NCBI GenBank assembly: GCA_018652475.1
Contig: JABICB010000013.1
Span: 244-64,243 of the forward strand
Reading direction: 5' to 3'
DNA length: 64,000 bases
DNA from: an archaeon
GTDB lineage: Archaea > Nanobdellota > Nanobdellia > SCGC-AAA011-G17 > PNOQ01
Every line of letters begins with the position of its first letter. Position 1 is the stretch's first letter. Positions 48,331 to 58,801 of the stretch are shown here, in pieces. Position numbers and translations under genes: made by a program. The notes below the pieces were generated by a model. The model searched no databases. It saw nothing but the letters and a program-made list of their open reading frames with translations, and was not told the DNA's origin.

Positions 48331-49533
48331 ATGGGTGGATCAATTACAGATTTTTTCAAAGGATATCTAGAAAAAGAAAGATTGTTTACTAATAAAAAAG
48401 TATTACAAATGAATTATACTCCAGAAACAATACCTCATAGAGAAGAACAAATAGAAGAAATTTCAAAGATATTAGCACCCTCTTTAAAATTAGAAAGACC
48501 TTCAAATATGTTTATTTATGGAAAAACAGGGACAGGAAAAACATTATCAGTAATTAAAGTACTAAATAGTTTGAAAGAAGTTGCAAAAATAAAGAACATA
48601 CCTTTAGATATATTGTATGTAAATTGTAAATTAAAAAATGTTGCAGATACAGAATATAGATTAATAGCACATATAGCTAGGGAATTTGGAGAAGATATAC
48701 CTATTACGGGATTGCCTCGTAATGCCATATATAGTAAATTATTTAAAAAATTAGAAACCAAAAAAAGATTAGTAATTCTGGCATTAGATGAAATAGATCA
48801 AATAGTCAAAAAACAAGGTGATGAAATATTATACACTCTAACAAGGATAAATACTGAATTAGAAAATGCACAAGTATGTTTTATTGGCATTTCTAATGAT
48901 TTGAGATTTGCAAGTGAATTAGATCCTCGTATAAAATCTTCATTAACAGAAGAAGAAATGAATTTTCCACCATACAATGCAATACAATTAAGAGATATTT
49001 TATCAAATAGGGCAAATTTAGCATTTAAAGAAAACTCTGTAAAGGAAGGAGTAATAGAAAAATGTGCAGCATTGGCAGCAAGAGAACATGGGGATGCTAG
49101 GCGAGCTTTAGATTTATTAAGGATAGCAGGAGAATTAGCAGAAAGAGAAGACAATATTGAGATAAATATAAGTCATATAGATACTGCTGAAGAAAAAATG
49201 GATAAAGAAATTGTAATAGATGCAATAAAAACACTACCAAAACAATCCCAATTGGCGTTATTATCAACTTTTTTATTGAATTCAAGAAAAAAGAAGTATT
49301 ATACTGGTGATGTTTCTGAAGAATATAAAAAATTATGTTTTACAGTGGGATTAAAACCTTTATCGCATAGAAGATTATCAGATTTAGTTGAAGAATTAGT
49401 AATGTTAGGAATAATAAGATCAAAAATAGTTAGTAAAGGAAGATATGGTAGGAAAAAGGAAATTTCTGTAAATCTACCTCCTTCAAATATACCTAATCTA
49501 ACTGATCAACTCAAAACATGGTTAAATTTATGA
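48331..49533 (+). CDS. cdc6: Cdc6/Orc1 replication initiator.
   Basis: AAA+ Walker A is GKTGTGKT, Walker B is ILALDEID, and sensor motifs are present. A C-terminal winged-helix follows. The N-terminus has the typical LF.NK.VL...Y.PE.IPHRE.Q start. Confidence 0.9.
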   Translation: MGGSITDFFKGYLEKERLFTNKKVLQMNYTPETIPHREEQIEEISKILAPSLKLERPSNMFIYGKTGTGKTLSVIKVLNSLKEVAKIKNIPLDILYVNCKLKNVADTEYRLIAHIAREFGEDIPITGLPRNAIYSKLFKKLETKKRLVILALDEIDQIVKKQGDEILYTLTRINTELENAQVCFIGISNDLRFASELDPRIKSSLTEEEMNFPPYNAIQLRDILSNRANLAFKENSVKEGVIEKCAALAAREHGDARRALDLLRIAGELAEREDNIEINISHIDTAEEKMDKEIVIDAIKTLPKQSQLALLSTFLLNSRKKKYYTGDVSEEYKKLCFTVGLKPLSHRRLSDLVEELVMLGIIRSKIVSKGRYGRKKEISVNLPPSNIPNLTDQLKTWLNL

Positions 49534-51017
49534 ATGAAAAATTAATTCATCTTTTTTTAAAGAGGGGGGTCTTAATAAGTCCCAATATTGTAAAAGATTT
49601 AGATATTGAGAAAAGTGATAATTTTTTCAAAATATTAGATTCTGAAATATTATCAAAAGAGAAATCACCATACTTATTATCTAGTGAAAAATTTAATGAG
49701 ATTTTAAAAAAATCAATAATTTCTGATAATGAAATGCATTCTGAACCTCTAAAAAATAAAGGAAATATAATTATATTAAAAGAATATCAAGAAAATACAG
49801 ATAAAAAAACTGTAAAAGATTTTACTGCCCATTATAAAAATAGATATGAAAAATTAAAAGGACTGTTGCAGGGAAAGAGAAATTTACAAAATGTAATATC
49901 TATAAATAGGGCGTTAAATAAAAAACAAAGAGAGGAAGTATCTGTAATTGGGTTAATATCTGATAAACATATAACTAAAAATAAAAACATTTTATTAAAA
50001 TTAGAAGATCCTACTGGGTCTATTTCTGTACTAATAAACCAAAACAAAGAAGATTTATTTGAAGAAGCATATAATTTAACACTAGATGAAGTAATAGGGA
50101 TAACTGGTTCAATGGGAAATAAAATTGTATTCTCTAATGAATTAATTTTACCTGGTTATCCAATCCATAATGAAATAAAAAAATCAAATGAAGAAGTATA
50201 TATGGCTGTGTTGTCTGATATTCATGTGGGTTCAACCATGTTTTTAGAAGAAGAATTCAAAAAATTCATAAATTGGACCAAGGGTAATGAAGGAAATGAA
50301 GAACAAAAAAAAATTGTCAAAAAATTAAAATATATATTTATAGTGGGTGATTTGGTGGATGGAATAGGAATTTATCCTGGTCAAGAAGATGAATTAAACA
50401 TATTAGATATAAAAGATCAATATTCCAAATTTACAGAATTAATAAAAGAGATAAGGCCGGATATAAATATAATAATTTGTCCTGGGAACCATGATGCAGT
50501 AAGAATAGCAGAACCTCAGCCAAAAATAAGTAAGGAATTAACAAAATCATTATGGGATCTACCTAACGTGACTATGTTAACAAATCCTGCCACAGTGAAT
50601 ATTCATTCAAATGAAAAAGAAGAGGGTTTTGATATATTATTATATCATGGATATAGCTTAGATTATTATATAAATAATATTGATAAAGTTAGAAATGGTG
50701 GCGGTTATGACAAACCAGAGGTCGCAATGAAATATTTATTGTCAAAAAGGCATTTAGCTCCAAGCCATGGATCTAGTTTATTTATACCTGGCAAAGAAGA
50801 TCATCTTGTTATAGAAAAAATTCCAGATTTTTTTTTAATGGGTCATGTTCATAAATCCGGAATAGATCAAGCAGGAAAAACAACTTTAATATGTGGTAGT
50901 TGTTGGCAATCTATAACACCTTTTCAAGAAAAAGTAGGTCATAAACCAGAAACATCTAAAGTACAGTTAGTAAATTTACAAACCAGAAAAATAAAGGTGA
51001 TGAATTTTGGAAAATAA
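49518..51017 (+). CDS. polD1: DNA polymerase II (PolD) small subunit DP1 (calcineurin-like phosphoesterase).
   Basis: Phosphoesterase motifs are GDLVDGIG, CPGNHDAVR and GHVHKSG. The OB fold precedes them. It overlaps the cdc6 stop by 16 nt. Confidence 0.9.
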   Translation: MVKFMNEKLIHLFLKRGVLISPNIVKDLDIEKSDNFFKILDSEILSKEKSPYLLSSEKFNEILKKSIISDNEMHSEPLKNKGNIIILKEYQENTDKKTVKDFTAHYKNRYEKLKGLLQGKRNLQNVISINRALNKKQREEVSVIGLISDKHITKNKNILLKLEDPTGSISVLINQNKEDLFEEAYNLTLDEVIGITGSMGNKIVFSNELILPGYPIHNEIKKSNEEVYMAVLSDIHVGSTMFLEEEFKKFINWTKGNEGNEEQKKIVKKLKYIFIVGDLVDGIGIYPGQEDELNILDIKDQYSKFTELIKEIRPDINIIICPGNHDAVRIAEPQPKISKELTKSLWDLPNVTMLTNPATVNIHSNEKEEGFDILLYHGYSLDYYINNIDKVRNGGGYDKPEVAMKYLLSKRHLAPSHGSSLFIPGKEDHLVIEKIPDFFLMGHVHKSGIDQAGKTTLICGSCWQSITPFQEKVGHKPETSKVQLVNLQTRKIKVMNFGK

Positions 51018-54000
51018 TATTGCAACAAGCAAGGAAATGAAAGAATATTTCAAATATATTGAAAAATATCTAGAATCCTCTTATTTATTGGCAAATAAAG
51101 CAAGAAAAAGAGGATTTGATCCTTCTCTGGAAGTAGAAATTCCGGTTGCATCAAATATGGCAGAAAGAGTAGAAAAATTAATTGGAATCTTAGCTCCAGA
51201 GATTGTAGGTAATGGAATACCTGAAAGGATAATTGAATTAGAAAAAGTATATAATAAACTAGATTGGAGAGTAGCATTCACCATCTCTCTAGAGGTGGCC
51301 GAAGAAAAATTTTGTAAATTTGAAAATAAACAAAAAGCAATAGAAACTGGATTAAGAATTGGATTTGCATATGTTACTACTGGCGTAGTAGCTAGTCCAG
51401 TAGAAGGATTTACTAAATTAACTTTACCCAAACGAAAAAGCGACGGTAAGGAGTATTTCTGTTTATATTTTTCGGGACCAGTAAGGAGTGCAGGTGGAAC
51501 AGCCGCATCAGTATTTGTATTACTTTCCGATTATGTAAGAAAAAAATTAGGTTATGCTAAATATGACCCTACTGAAAAAGAATCAAAAAGGGCAGTAACT
51601 GAACTAAGAGATTATCATGAAAGAGTAACTAACCTACAATATTTTCCTTCAGATATGGAAACAGAATTTATGGCAGCACATATGCCCATACAGATATCGG
51701 GTGATCCAACTGAAAAAATGGATGTTTCAAACTATAAGGATTTAGATAGGATAGAAACAAACAGAATAAGGGGAGGTTTTTGTCTAGTTATGGGTGAATG
51801 TCTTGCTCAGAAAGCAAAAAAATATGCAGCAAAACTCACAGAATGGGGTTCTGATTTTGAGATGGAAGATTGGGATTTTATTCAGGACTTTGTCAAATTA
51901 CAGAAAAAGATAAAGGCAGGAAAACAGTCCAAAAAAGAATCAGATGAAAAAATAACTGCTGATTATACTTTCATAAAAGATATGGTTGCAGGGAGACCAG
52001 TATTAACTTACCCTAATGAAAAGGGGGGTCTAAGATTAAGATATGGTAGATCGAGAAATACAGGTTTAAGTTGTGCAGCAATACATCCAGCGACAATGAA
52101 ATTATTAAATGGATATATAGGTGTAGGTACACAACTAAAAATGGAGAGGCCAGGAAAAGGTACTGCATTAAGTGTAACTGATTATATTGAAGGCCCAATA
52201 GCAAAATTAAAAAATGGCGAAGTGGTTTTTGTAGAAACAGAAGAGATAGCAGATAACATAAAAGATGATGTACAAGAAATATTATTTTTAGGAGACATAT
52301 TAGTCAATTATGGAGATTTTTTTGACAGAGCACATTCATTAGTACCTGTAGGTTATTGTGAAGAATGGTGGATAAAGGAACTAAAAAATAAAGAAAAAGA
52401 TAATACTAAGATATCTGAACTAACAAAGATAGAATTACCATTAATAAATAAATTATTTATGGATCCTATCAAAACAAAAATAACACCACTCCAGGCACAA
52501 AACATATCAATAAAATTAAATATACCCTTTCATCCAAAATTCACATATCATTGGGAAGATATTTCTCCAAAAGAATTTTTATTTTTAATTGAATGGTTAA
52601 CTAGATCTGTAATAAAAAGAAATGAAGATAAAATAATATTACCTATTTCAAATAATGATCAGGAAGTTACAGAAAAAAGAATTCTTGAAAAATTAGGAGT
52701 ACCTCATAAATATGTAACCAAGGAACACATTATTTTAGAAGGAAACTGGGCAAAAGCCTTTTTAATAAATTTAGGATTAGAAACAAATGAAGATAATCTA
52801 AAAAAATTAGTAGGGAAAGTATCTGAATCAAAATCAATATTAACAATATTAAATAAAGTTTCTTCAGTAAAATTAAGAAATAAATCCGGAACAATAATTG
52901 GAGCAAGGATGGGGAGGCCAGAGAAGGCAAAAATACGAAAACTAACAGGAAGCCCCCATTCTTTGTTTCCCGTGGGTGAAGAAGGAGGAAGATTAAAGAG
53001 TTTTGAATCAGCATTAGAAAAAAATCAAATAACTGAAAATTTTCCAATAAGAAAATGCACACATTGTAATAATGACACAGTATATAATTTATGTGAGAAC
53101 TGTGGAAAAGAAACAGAAAAATTATTTTATTGTAGGGAATGTAATTCTGAATATACTGCAGATTACTGTAAAATCCATAAAATAGAGTTAAAAAGTTTCA
53201 AAAGAAAGAGTATAGATATAAGTAAATATTATTTCTCAACAAAGAAAAAATTAAAATTAACTCAAATGCCCAAATTAATCAAAGGAATAAAAGAAACAAC
53301 AAACGAAGAACATATTCCTGAAAATTTAACAAAAGGAGTATTACGTTCAATTCACAATTTATTCGTAAATAAAGATGGCACTATAAGGTATGATATGACT
53401 GAACTACCTTTAACTCATTTTAATGCTGAAGAGATTGGTACCTCAATAGAGAAACTAAAGGAGTTAGGGTATTCTTTAGATATATATGGTAATGAAATAG
53501 TGAATGATTCCCAAATTATAGAATTAAAACCTCAGGATGTAGTTTTGGCATCATGTGATAAGGCTATGGAAGGGGGCGCAGACCATATACTATACAGGGT
53601 AGCAAATTTTGTTGATGATCTCTTAAATAAATTTTATGGCATAGATAAGTTTTACAATTTAAAATCAAAAAAAGATCTCGTGGGTCATTTGATTCTAAGT
53701 TTAGCACCTCATACTTCCGCAGGAATAATAGGGAGGATAATTGGATTTTCAAAAACACAAGGATGTTATGCTCACCCTCTCTGGCATAGCGCACAGAGAA
53801 GAGATTGTGATGGTGACGAAAACGGGATAATGTTATTAATGGATGGATTATTAAATTTTTCAAAACATTTCTTACCTAATCGAAGAGGTTCAACTCAAGA
53901 TGCCCCTTTGGTATTAACTTCAAAATTAATTCCTACAGAGGTAGATGATATGGTATTTAATATGGATGTAGTTTCAGAGTATCCCTTAGAATTTTATGAT

Positions 54001-54567
54001 GCTTGTATGGAATATAAAATGCCTTGGGAGGTTCCGATTGAACGATTGAACGATCGGTTAGAAACGGAAAAACAATTCGAGAAATATTGGTATACTCATG
54101 AAACAAGTTCAATAAATCAAGGCATAGTTCATAGTGCATATAAGTCTCTTCCTTCAATGCAAGAAAAAGTTTTAGGGCAGATGGACATAGCAGAGAAAGT
54201 AAGGGCAGTATATGAAGCAGATGTTGCAAGATTAATAATAGAGAAGCATTTTATTAGAGATATAAAAGGTAATCTTAGGAAGTTTTCAATGCAACAATTT
54301 AGGTGCGTAGGTTGCAATACAAAATACCGTAGACCTCCACTAAAAGGAAACTGTTTGAAATGTGGAGGAAAAATAATATTAACCATTTCAGAAGGTTCTG
54401 TGGTAAAATACCTAAAACCTTCCCTGGACTTAGCAAATAAATACGATATTCCCGAATATTTGAAACAAACGTTACAAATAACAAAAGATAGGATAGAAAG
54501 TGTATTTGGGAAAGAATTAGAACGTCAAGAGGGGCTAACTAATTGGTTTACTCAAAATAAAAAATAA
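51007..54567 (+). CDS. polD2: DNA polymerase II (PolD) large subunit DP2; no intein.
   Basis: At 1186 aa it has conserved DP2 blocks, including the Zn-binding CxxC clusters (CTHCNND...CENCGKE; CVGCNTKYRRPPLKGNCLKCGG) and the catalytic region AQRRDCDGDENG. It overlaps the DP1 stop by 11 nt. Confidence 0.9.
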   Translation: MENNIATSKEMKEYFKYIEKYLESSYLLANKARKRGFDPSLEVEIPVASNMAERVEKLIGILAPEIVGNGIPERIIELEKVYNKLDWRVAFTISLEVAEEKFCKFENKQKAIETGLRIGFAYVTTGVVASPVEGFTKLTLPKRKSDGKEYFCLYFSGPVRSAGGTAASVFVLLSDYVRKKLGYAKYDPTEKESKRAVTELRDYHERVTNLQYFPSDMETEFMAAHMPIQISGDPTEKMDVSNYKDLDRIETNRIRGGFCLVMGECLAQKAKKYAAKLTEWGSDFEMEDWDFIQDFVKLQKKIKAGKQSKKESDEKITADYTFIKDMVAGRPVLTYPNEKGGLRLRYGRSRNTGLSCAAIHPATMKLLNGYIGVGTQLKMERPGKGTALSVTDYIEGPIAKLKNGEVVFVETEEIADNIKDDVQEILFLGDILVNYGDFFDRAHSLVPVGYCEEWWIKELKNKEKDNTKISELTKIELPLINKLFMDPIKTKITPLQAQNISIKLNIPFHPKFTYHWEDISPKEFLFLIEWLTRSVIKRNEDKIILPISNNDQEVTEKRILEKLGVPHKYVTKEHIILEGNWAKAFLINLGLETNEDNLKKLVGKVSESKSILTILNKVSSVKLRNKSGTIIGARMGRPEKAKIRKLTGSPHSLFPVGEEGGRLKSFESALEKNQITENFPIRKCTHCNNDTVYNLCENCGKETEKLFYCRECNSEYTADYCKIHKIELKSFKRKSIDISKYYFSTKKKLKLTQMPKLIKGIKETTNEEHIPENLTKGVLRSIHNLFVNKDGTIRYDMTELPLTHFNAEEIGTSIEKLKELGYSLDIYGNEIVNDSQIIELKPQDVVLASCDKAMEGGADHILYRVANFVDDLLNKFYGIDKFYNLKSKKDLVGHLILSLAPHTSAGIIGRIIGFSKTQGCYAHPLWHSAQRRDCDGDENGIMLLMDGLLNFSKHFLPNRRGSTQDAPLVLTSKLIPTEVDDMVFNMDVVSEYPLEFYDACMEYKMPWEVPIERLNDRLETEKQFEKYWYTHETSSINQGIVHSAYKSLPSMQEKVLGQMDIAEKVRAVYEADVARLIIEKHFIRDIKGNLRKFSMQQFRCVGCNTKYRRPPLKGNCLKCGGKIILTISEGSVVKYLKPSLDLANKYDIPEYLKQTLQITKDRIESVFGKELERQEGLTNWFTQNKK

Positions 54568-55754
54568 AAAATAGTAGTTAACAATAAACAACCCATGAGA
54601 TGATTCCTACCTATCCCTAATTTTATAGGCAATATTCCCATAAATGTCGAAACTAATAATACAAATAATCCGATAAATTGTCCAGACAAAATAAACACCA
54701 TAATACCAATCAATGAAATTACAGAAATAACTAATTTTTTATAATTTATTTTAGAAAAAAGTTTTGAAAATAATTTTGTAATGAACAAAGTAAGAAATAC
54801 TGCAATAATTCCAACAATTAAGGAAATAAAAAAGAATAATAAAACATGAGACAGGGTTACTTCTCCTAATATTTTGAAAATTGTAATAACTGCACCATTT
54901 CTCGCCTTACCTATTGCATACACTGCAAGAAAACTAATAACCATATTCATAGTGTTTAAACTACCTATCAAGATTAAAAAATAATTTTGTTTTATTTTTT
55001 TATAGAATGAAGAACCTATTATTGCTGCTTGTGCGGGGCCTAATCCTGGAAGAAATGAACACATACTCCCTGCAAGAAAACCTGACGATATAGTCTTAAT
55101 AAGGTCCTTCTTATTCAAAACTGGGAACGTAATAAGTTGTTTAGGTATTTTCACTTTATTTTCTAAACTAACTATTAATGCACTAGTACCAAATAATCCA
55201 GATAATAAAGGAAATAATGGATTCTCCAAATTAGGAAGATTTAATACAACAATCCCTAATATTCCTGACAAACAGAATATTATTGCAGCCCATATTTTCG
55301 ATCTTTTTTCTTTTAATATTAAAAAAATAGATGCAGTGATAAGAATAATGGCCATATATTTATTCAAAAAAGGATAAATATTTTTTATTACAATAAAGAT
55401 TATTGGAGAGAAAATTATTGCAAGGAATAACGCAAGGATACTACCTATCAAAGTAAGAACTATGGCTTCAAATCCTTTCCCCTCTAATAAATACTTATGG
55501 CCAGGTAAAACAGATAAGATCGTGCTCTCATCAGGAGCACCAAGAAATACGGAAGGAATAGTATCTAGGAAAGTATGGGTTATTGACATTGCAACAATAA
55601 ATACTGCAAGAGTTACAGGCGAAACAATTTGTAATAGTTGTATAGATAGACTTAACACAAAAATAGAAATAAGATTTATGTGTATTCCAGGTATTAATCC
55701 AGTAATTATTCCGAATAAAATACCTATAATAGTAGCTATAATGATCTCGAACAT
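54552..55754 (-). CDS. Polytopic membrane protein, TctA/DUF112-like.
   Basis: About 10-12 TM helices. A repeated G..(I/L)PG(I/L)G motif occurs (GLIPGIHINL; FLPGLGPAQAA). Confidence 0.4.
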   Translation of the reverse strand: MFEIIIATIIGILFGIITGLIPGIHINLISIFVLSLSIQLLQIVSPVTLAVFIVAMSITHTFLDTIPSVFLGAPDESTILSVLPGHKYLLEGKGFEAIVLTLIGSILALFLAIIFSPIIFIVIKNIYPFLNKYMAIILITASIFLILKEKRSKIWAAIIFCLSGILGIVVLNLPNLENPLFPLLSGLFGTSALIVSLENKVKIPKQLITFPVLNKKDLIKTISSGFLAGSMCSFLPGLGPAQAAIIGSSFYKKIKQNYFLILIGSLNTMNMVISFLAVYAIGKARNGAVITIFKILGEVTLSHVLLFFFISLIVGIIAVFLTLFITKLFSKLFSKINYKKLVISVISLIGIMVFILSGQFIGLFVLLVSTFMGILPIKLGIGRNHLMGCLLLTTIFYFLF

Positions 55755-55826
55755 AAATAAACTAATGGGGTTCTAAATAAATATATTCTCAATAAAATTT
55801 ATAAAGTGTAAAAAATAAATAAGACT

Positions 55827-56030
55827 ATGTTAGAACTATTAACTTCAAAATTATTTTTATTATTTTTATTCTATTCTTGGTCCTTGACTTGGAAGGGAAT
55901 GGCACTATGGCATGCAGCTATAAACAAACAGAGTAAATGGTTTATCTCATTCTTATTACTAAACACATTAGGCATATTAGAAATATTATATTTAATATTT
56001 TTTCAAAATAAAAAACTAAAAAGGAGGTGA
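55827..56030 (+). CDS. Hypothetical small membrane protein.
   Basis: Two TM helices within 67 aa. First gene of a small-ORF island. Confidence 0.25.
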   Translation: MLELLTSKLFLLFLFYSWSLTWKGMALWHAAINKQSKWFISFLLLNTLGILEILYLIFFQNKKLKRR

Positions 56031-56212
56031 TAATAATTCCAAAGAAAAAAAATAAAGGATATACTAAATTTTTATTATTTATAGGCGGATTAATATCTAT
56101 TTTATTTGCATATGTATTATGGTATCAAGTATTAACTCTTGAGGGCGTATTTGCAATATTGTTTTTCATTGCAGGTATAGGAAAGATTCTGTTTAGTATA
56201 ATGGGTAAATAA
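56027..56212 (+). CDS. Hypothetical small membrane protein (start uncertain; the ORF finder's GTG start is flush with a GGAGG).
   Basis: Two TM helices. It overlaps the upstream stop. Confidence 0.25.
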   Translation: MIIIPKKKNKGYTKFLLFIGGLISILFAYVLWYQVLTLEGVFAILFFIAGIGKILFSIMGK

Positions 56213-56247
56213 ACGATATTCTTTTAACCGAATAACTATATATACTA

Positions 56248-56544
56248 ATGGAAAATACTACTATGCCAACTATAAGTGATAAAAATAAGAAGAAGATCAA
56301 GGAGCAAATTTTACAAATTCTCTTCGAGAATAATCTAAATTCACTATATACTTCAAATATAGCTGAAGAGATAATAAGGGACGAGGAATTTACTCTAATC
56401 TTATTAGGAGAATTGGAAAAAGAAGGGTTTATTAAGAAAATAACTAAGAATTCCGACGGTAAAACTTATTTGGCAAGAAAAAAATGGCGATTGTTGCCCA
56501 AAATTTATTCAAAGTACAAGGCATTATGTTCAGATTTTGCTTAG
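56248..56544 (+). CDS. Small winged-helix DNA-binding protein.
   Basis: The helix-turn-helix reads LYTSNIAEEIIRDEEFTLILLGELEKEGFIKK. A basic tail follows. Confidence 0.35.
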   Translation: MENTTMPTISDKNKKKIKEQILQILFENNLNSLYTSNIAEEIIRDEEFTLILLGELEKEGFIKKITKNSDGKTYLARKKWRLLPKIYSKYKALCSDFA

Positions 56545-56770
56545 TACTCACTTTTTCTTTAATTATCCTTATATTCATTAGATAATTATACTTCTTTCTA
56601 TCAATTATACTATAATTTAACTATCCTTACCATTTTAATCCTCACTTTTGCACAAAATAAGGGAAATCCTGTCAATTTTTCATAAATATACCTTATTCAA
56701 TCACTCACTAATCACTCACTGATCAGTTATTCATGTAAAACTATAAAAATATATACTAATTCACTCTTTT

Positions 56771-57400
56771 ATGTCAGAATTAAAAATAAAAAGATCTTTT
56801 GGTAAAGTAAAGGAAGACATAAACACTCTAACTACTAAAATTATAGCAATAGAGGCTAAATTAGATAAGATTCTTGATAAATTAACTGAAAAAACAGGGA
56901 AAATAACCAATTCTGTAGAATTTGAAGAGAAGAGGGCTCCTCCTGTAACATTACAAAAAAGTTCCACTGGAAATATAGGGGCTCAATCATTCAATCATTC
57001 ACTAGACAATCAATCATTCACTAATCAAACAACAACTAATCCTAAATCAACCATTCATTCACTAAACATTCAATCATTAAAAAAAGATATAGATTCTGCC
57101 TTTTCTAGCCTTACTAGTCAAGAATTCCTAGTATTTCTGACTATTTATCAATTAGAGGAAGATTATAGTAGGGGGATAACTTATGGTGATCTATCCTCAA
57201 AAATAGGCCTTTCGGAAGGGTGTATAAGGGGATATGTCAGCAGTATAATTAGAAAAAATATACCCCTGGACAAGGTAAAAATCAATAATAGAACTATCAC
57301 CTTACGAATAAAACTCGATTTTAGGGAATTAAATTTAAAAGAAAGACTCACAAATATGTATTATCATCTAGATCCTCATCAAAAAAGACTCTATTTGTAA
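56771..57400 (+). CDS. Coiled-coil plus C-terminal HTH regulator (paralog of 57466..58020).
   Basis: An N-terminal helical region, then a Q/S/N-rich low-complexity linker (QSFNHSLDNQSFTNQTTTNP), then a C-terminal HTH (LTSQEFLVFLTIYQLEEDYSRGITYGDLSSKIGLSEGCIRGYVSSIIRKNIPL). Confidence 0.4.
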   Translation: MSELKIKRSFGKVKEDINTLTTKIIAIEAKLDKILDKLTEKTGKITNSVEFEEKRAPPVTLQKSSTGNIGAQSFNHSLDNQSFTNQTTTNPKSTIHSLNIQSLKKDIDSAFSSLTSQEFLVFLTIYQLEEDYSRGITYGDLSSKIGLSEGCIRGYVSSIIRKNIPLDKVKINNRTITLRIKLDFRELNLKERLTNMYYHLDPHQKRLYL

Positions 57401-57465
57401 GATTTAACTCTCACTTTAGCACATATTTCTAAAAATAATGATAAAAACAAGAATTTCAGTATATT

Positions 57466-58020
57466 TTAACCTAACTTATTCGCTAATATTAGTTCTTTTA
57501 GTGATTCATCAACCAAAAACATCTTTTTCCTACTCTTAACGCTAACCTTTTCGTTGATTTTGATTCCTGCCCTCTTGACATCATTAATATGTCTTCTAAC
57601 TGTGACAATATTAATGCCTAATTTTTTTGAAATATCTTCATAAGTCATTGCTTCTTCTGCATAAATAAGTAATCCAACTACTTGTTTTTGTGCAGGAGTA
57701 AGATCTTCGATATTCTGAACGTTCATGATTGTTTGATTTGAACGTTTGAACGTTTGAACGTGTTCAATTTCGTTCAAATTATATTGTGAGTTATGTGCCT
57801 TAGTGTGAAATATACTCGTCTCTATGAGCCTTAGTCTTTCTTCAATATTTTTAATAGATTCGTTATGTTCAGTACGATGGCATTCTAAATGTTTTATCCA
57901 TTCACTCACATCAGACATATCAGTTTTTACCTTACCAAACGAACTTTCCAATACTGTCCTTATCTCAGAAAACTTTTCTTCTAAGATATGTTCTTTTTTT
58001 GAAAAATTCCACCATACCAT
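57466..58020 (-). CDS. Coiled-coil plus C-terminal HTH regulator (paralog of 56771..57400, convergent).
   Basis: The C-terminal LTPAQKQVVGLLIYAEEAMTYEDISKKLGINIVTVRRHINDVKRAGIKI aligns with the neighbour's HTH. Confidence 0.4.
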   Translation of the reverse strand: MVWWNFSKKEHILEEKFSEIRTVLESSFGKVKTDMSDVSEWIKHLECHRTEHNESIKNIEERLRLIETSIFHTKAHNSQYNLNEIEHVQTFKRSNQTIMNVQNIEDLTPAQKQVVGLLIYAEEAMTYEDISKKLGINIVTVRRHINDVKRAGIKINEKVSVKSRKKMFLVDESLKELILANKLG

Positions 58021-58801
58021 ACCCTATCTTATAAATACTTATTATTAAACTTTTTGTTTTTTTGAATGCATTCAAGCGTTCAATTGGAGAATAGGGTAGT
58101 TATAATTAAGAAATATTTGAAGTTCATGTGTTCAAGAGGATATTTATTTATCAAGTTATGATTACTTCTAACAATAAATTTAAATATTAGAAAATTAAAA
58201 TATACTCTGTGAATCAATATGGTCAAGAGAAAAAAAATAAAAAAAAGTGTTCAAAAAAATAATATTTTTCACCATATATTATTGAATAGAATACTATTGA
58301 TAATAGGAATCATTATCATAATGAATGGGTTATGGTTTAATGATATTAGATGGGCATTATTAGGGTTAATACCTATATTCATTGGATATGTACACATAAA
58401 AAGATGGCAAAAAAAATACTAAATTGGAAGTGGATCAAGGAAAATTTTTGGAATGTTTTCATGATATTAATTATATTAAACATAATATCTACAATTATTC
58501 TTTTAATATTTCAATTGATTTTTCCTTCTATGTCAATAATCTAGTAAGGGCACTATACTAGAAGAAAATAACCTTATTTCATTTCATTTTTTTATAATTT
58601 TTTACGATTACTTCTTTTTAGAGTAGATTAATACTTTTAATCCCAAATATTTGCCATAAAATTGACGAATTTAGGACATTTTTTATTCTTTTAGGGATTA
58701 TATTTGAAAAAAATAAAAATCTATCTAAAACGGGCTTATTTTGGCTCAACACATTTATCAGATTCAGAAAAACAACAATCACAACAATCAAATAAAAATT
58801 A

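Noticed and set aside
51007-54567. Possible intein in the PolD large subunit or other replication proteins.
   Set aside because: The length, 1186 aa, is normal for an intein-free DP2. No Hint-type block (C/S…HN-C/S/T junctions with a long insertion) interrupts the conserved motifs.
57738-57762. The (TTGAACGT)x3 tandem considered as a mini CRISPR-like or iteron array.
   Set aside because: Only three 8-nt units with no spacers, and it lies inside a CDS. It is too short for a CRISPR array. It is kept only as a possible binding-site or slippage observation.
58019-58104. Inverted repeat (ATACCCTATCTTA … AGAATAGGGTAG) between the HTH gene and the small-ORF region, considered as a terminator or ncRNA.
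   Set aside because: The imperfect arms have a roughly 55-nt loop and no flanking T-run. This is not enough to call a structured RNA.
58219-58544. Two overlapping out-of-frame small membrane ORFs (58219..58422 and 58350..58544).
   Set aside because: They overlap by 73 nt in different frames, so at most one is real. Neither has a convincing RBS or motif, and both are left unannotated.
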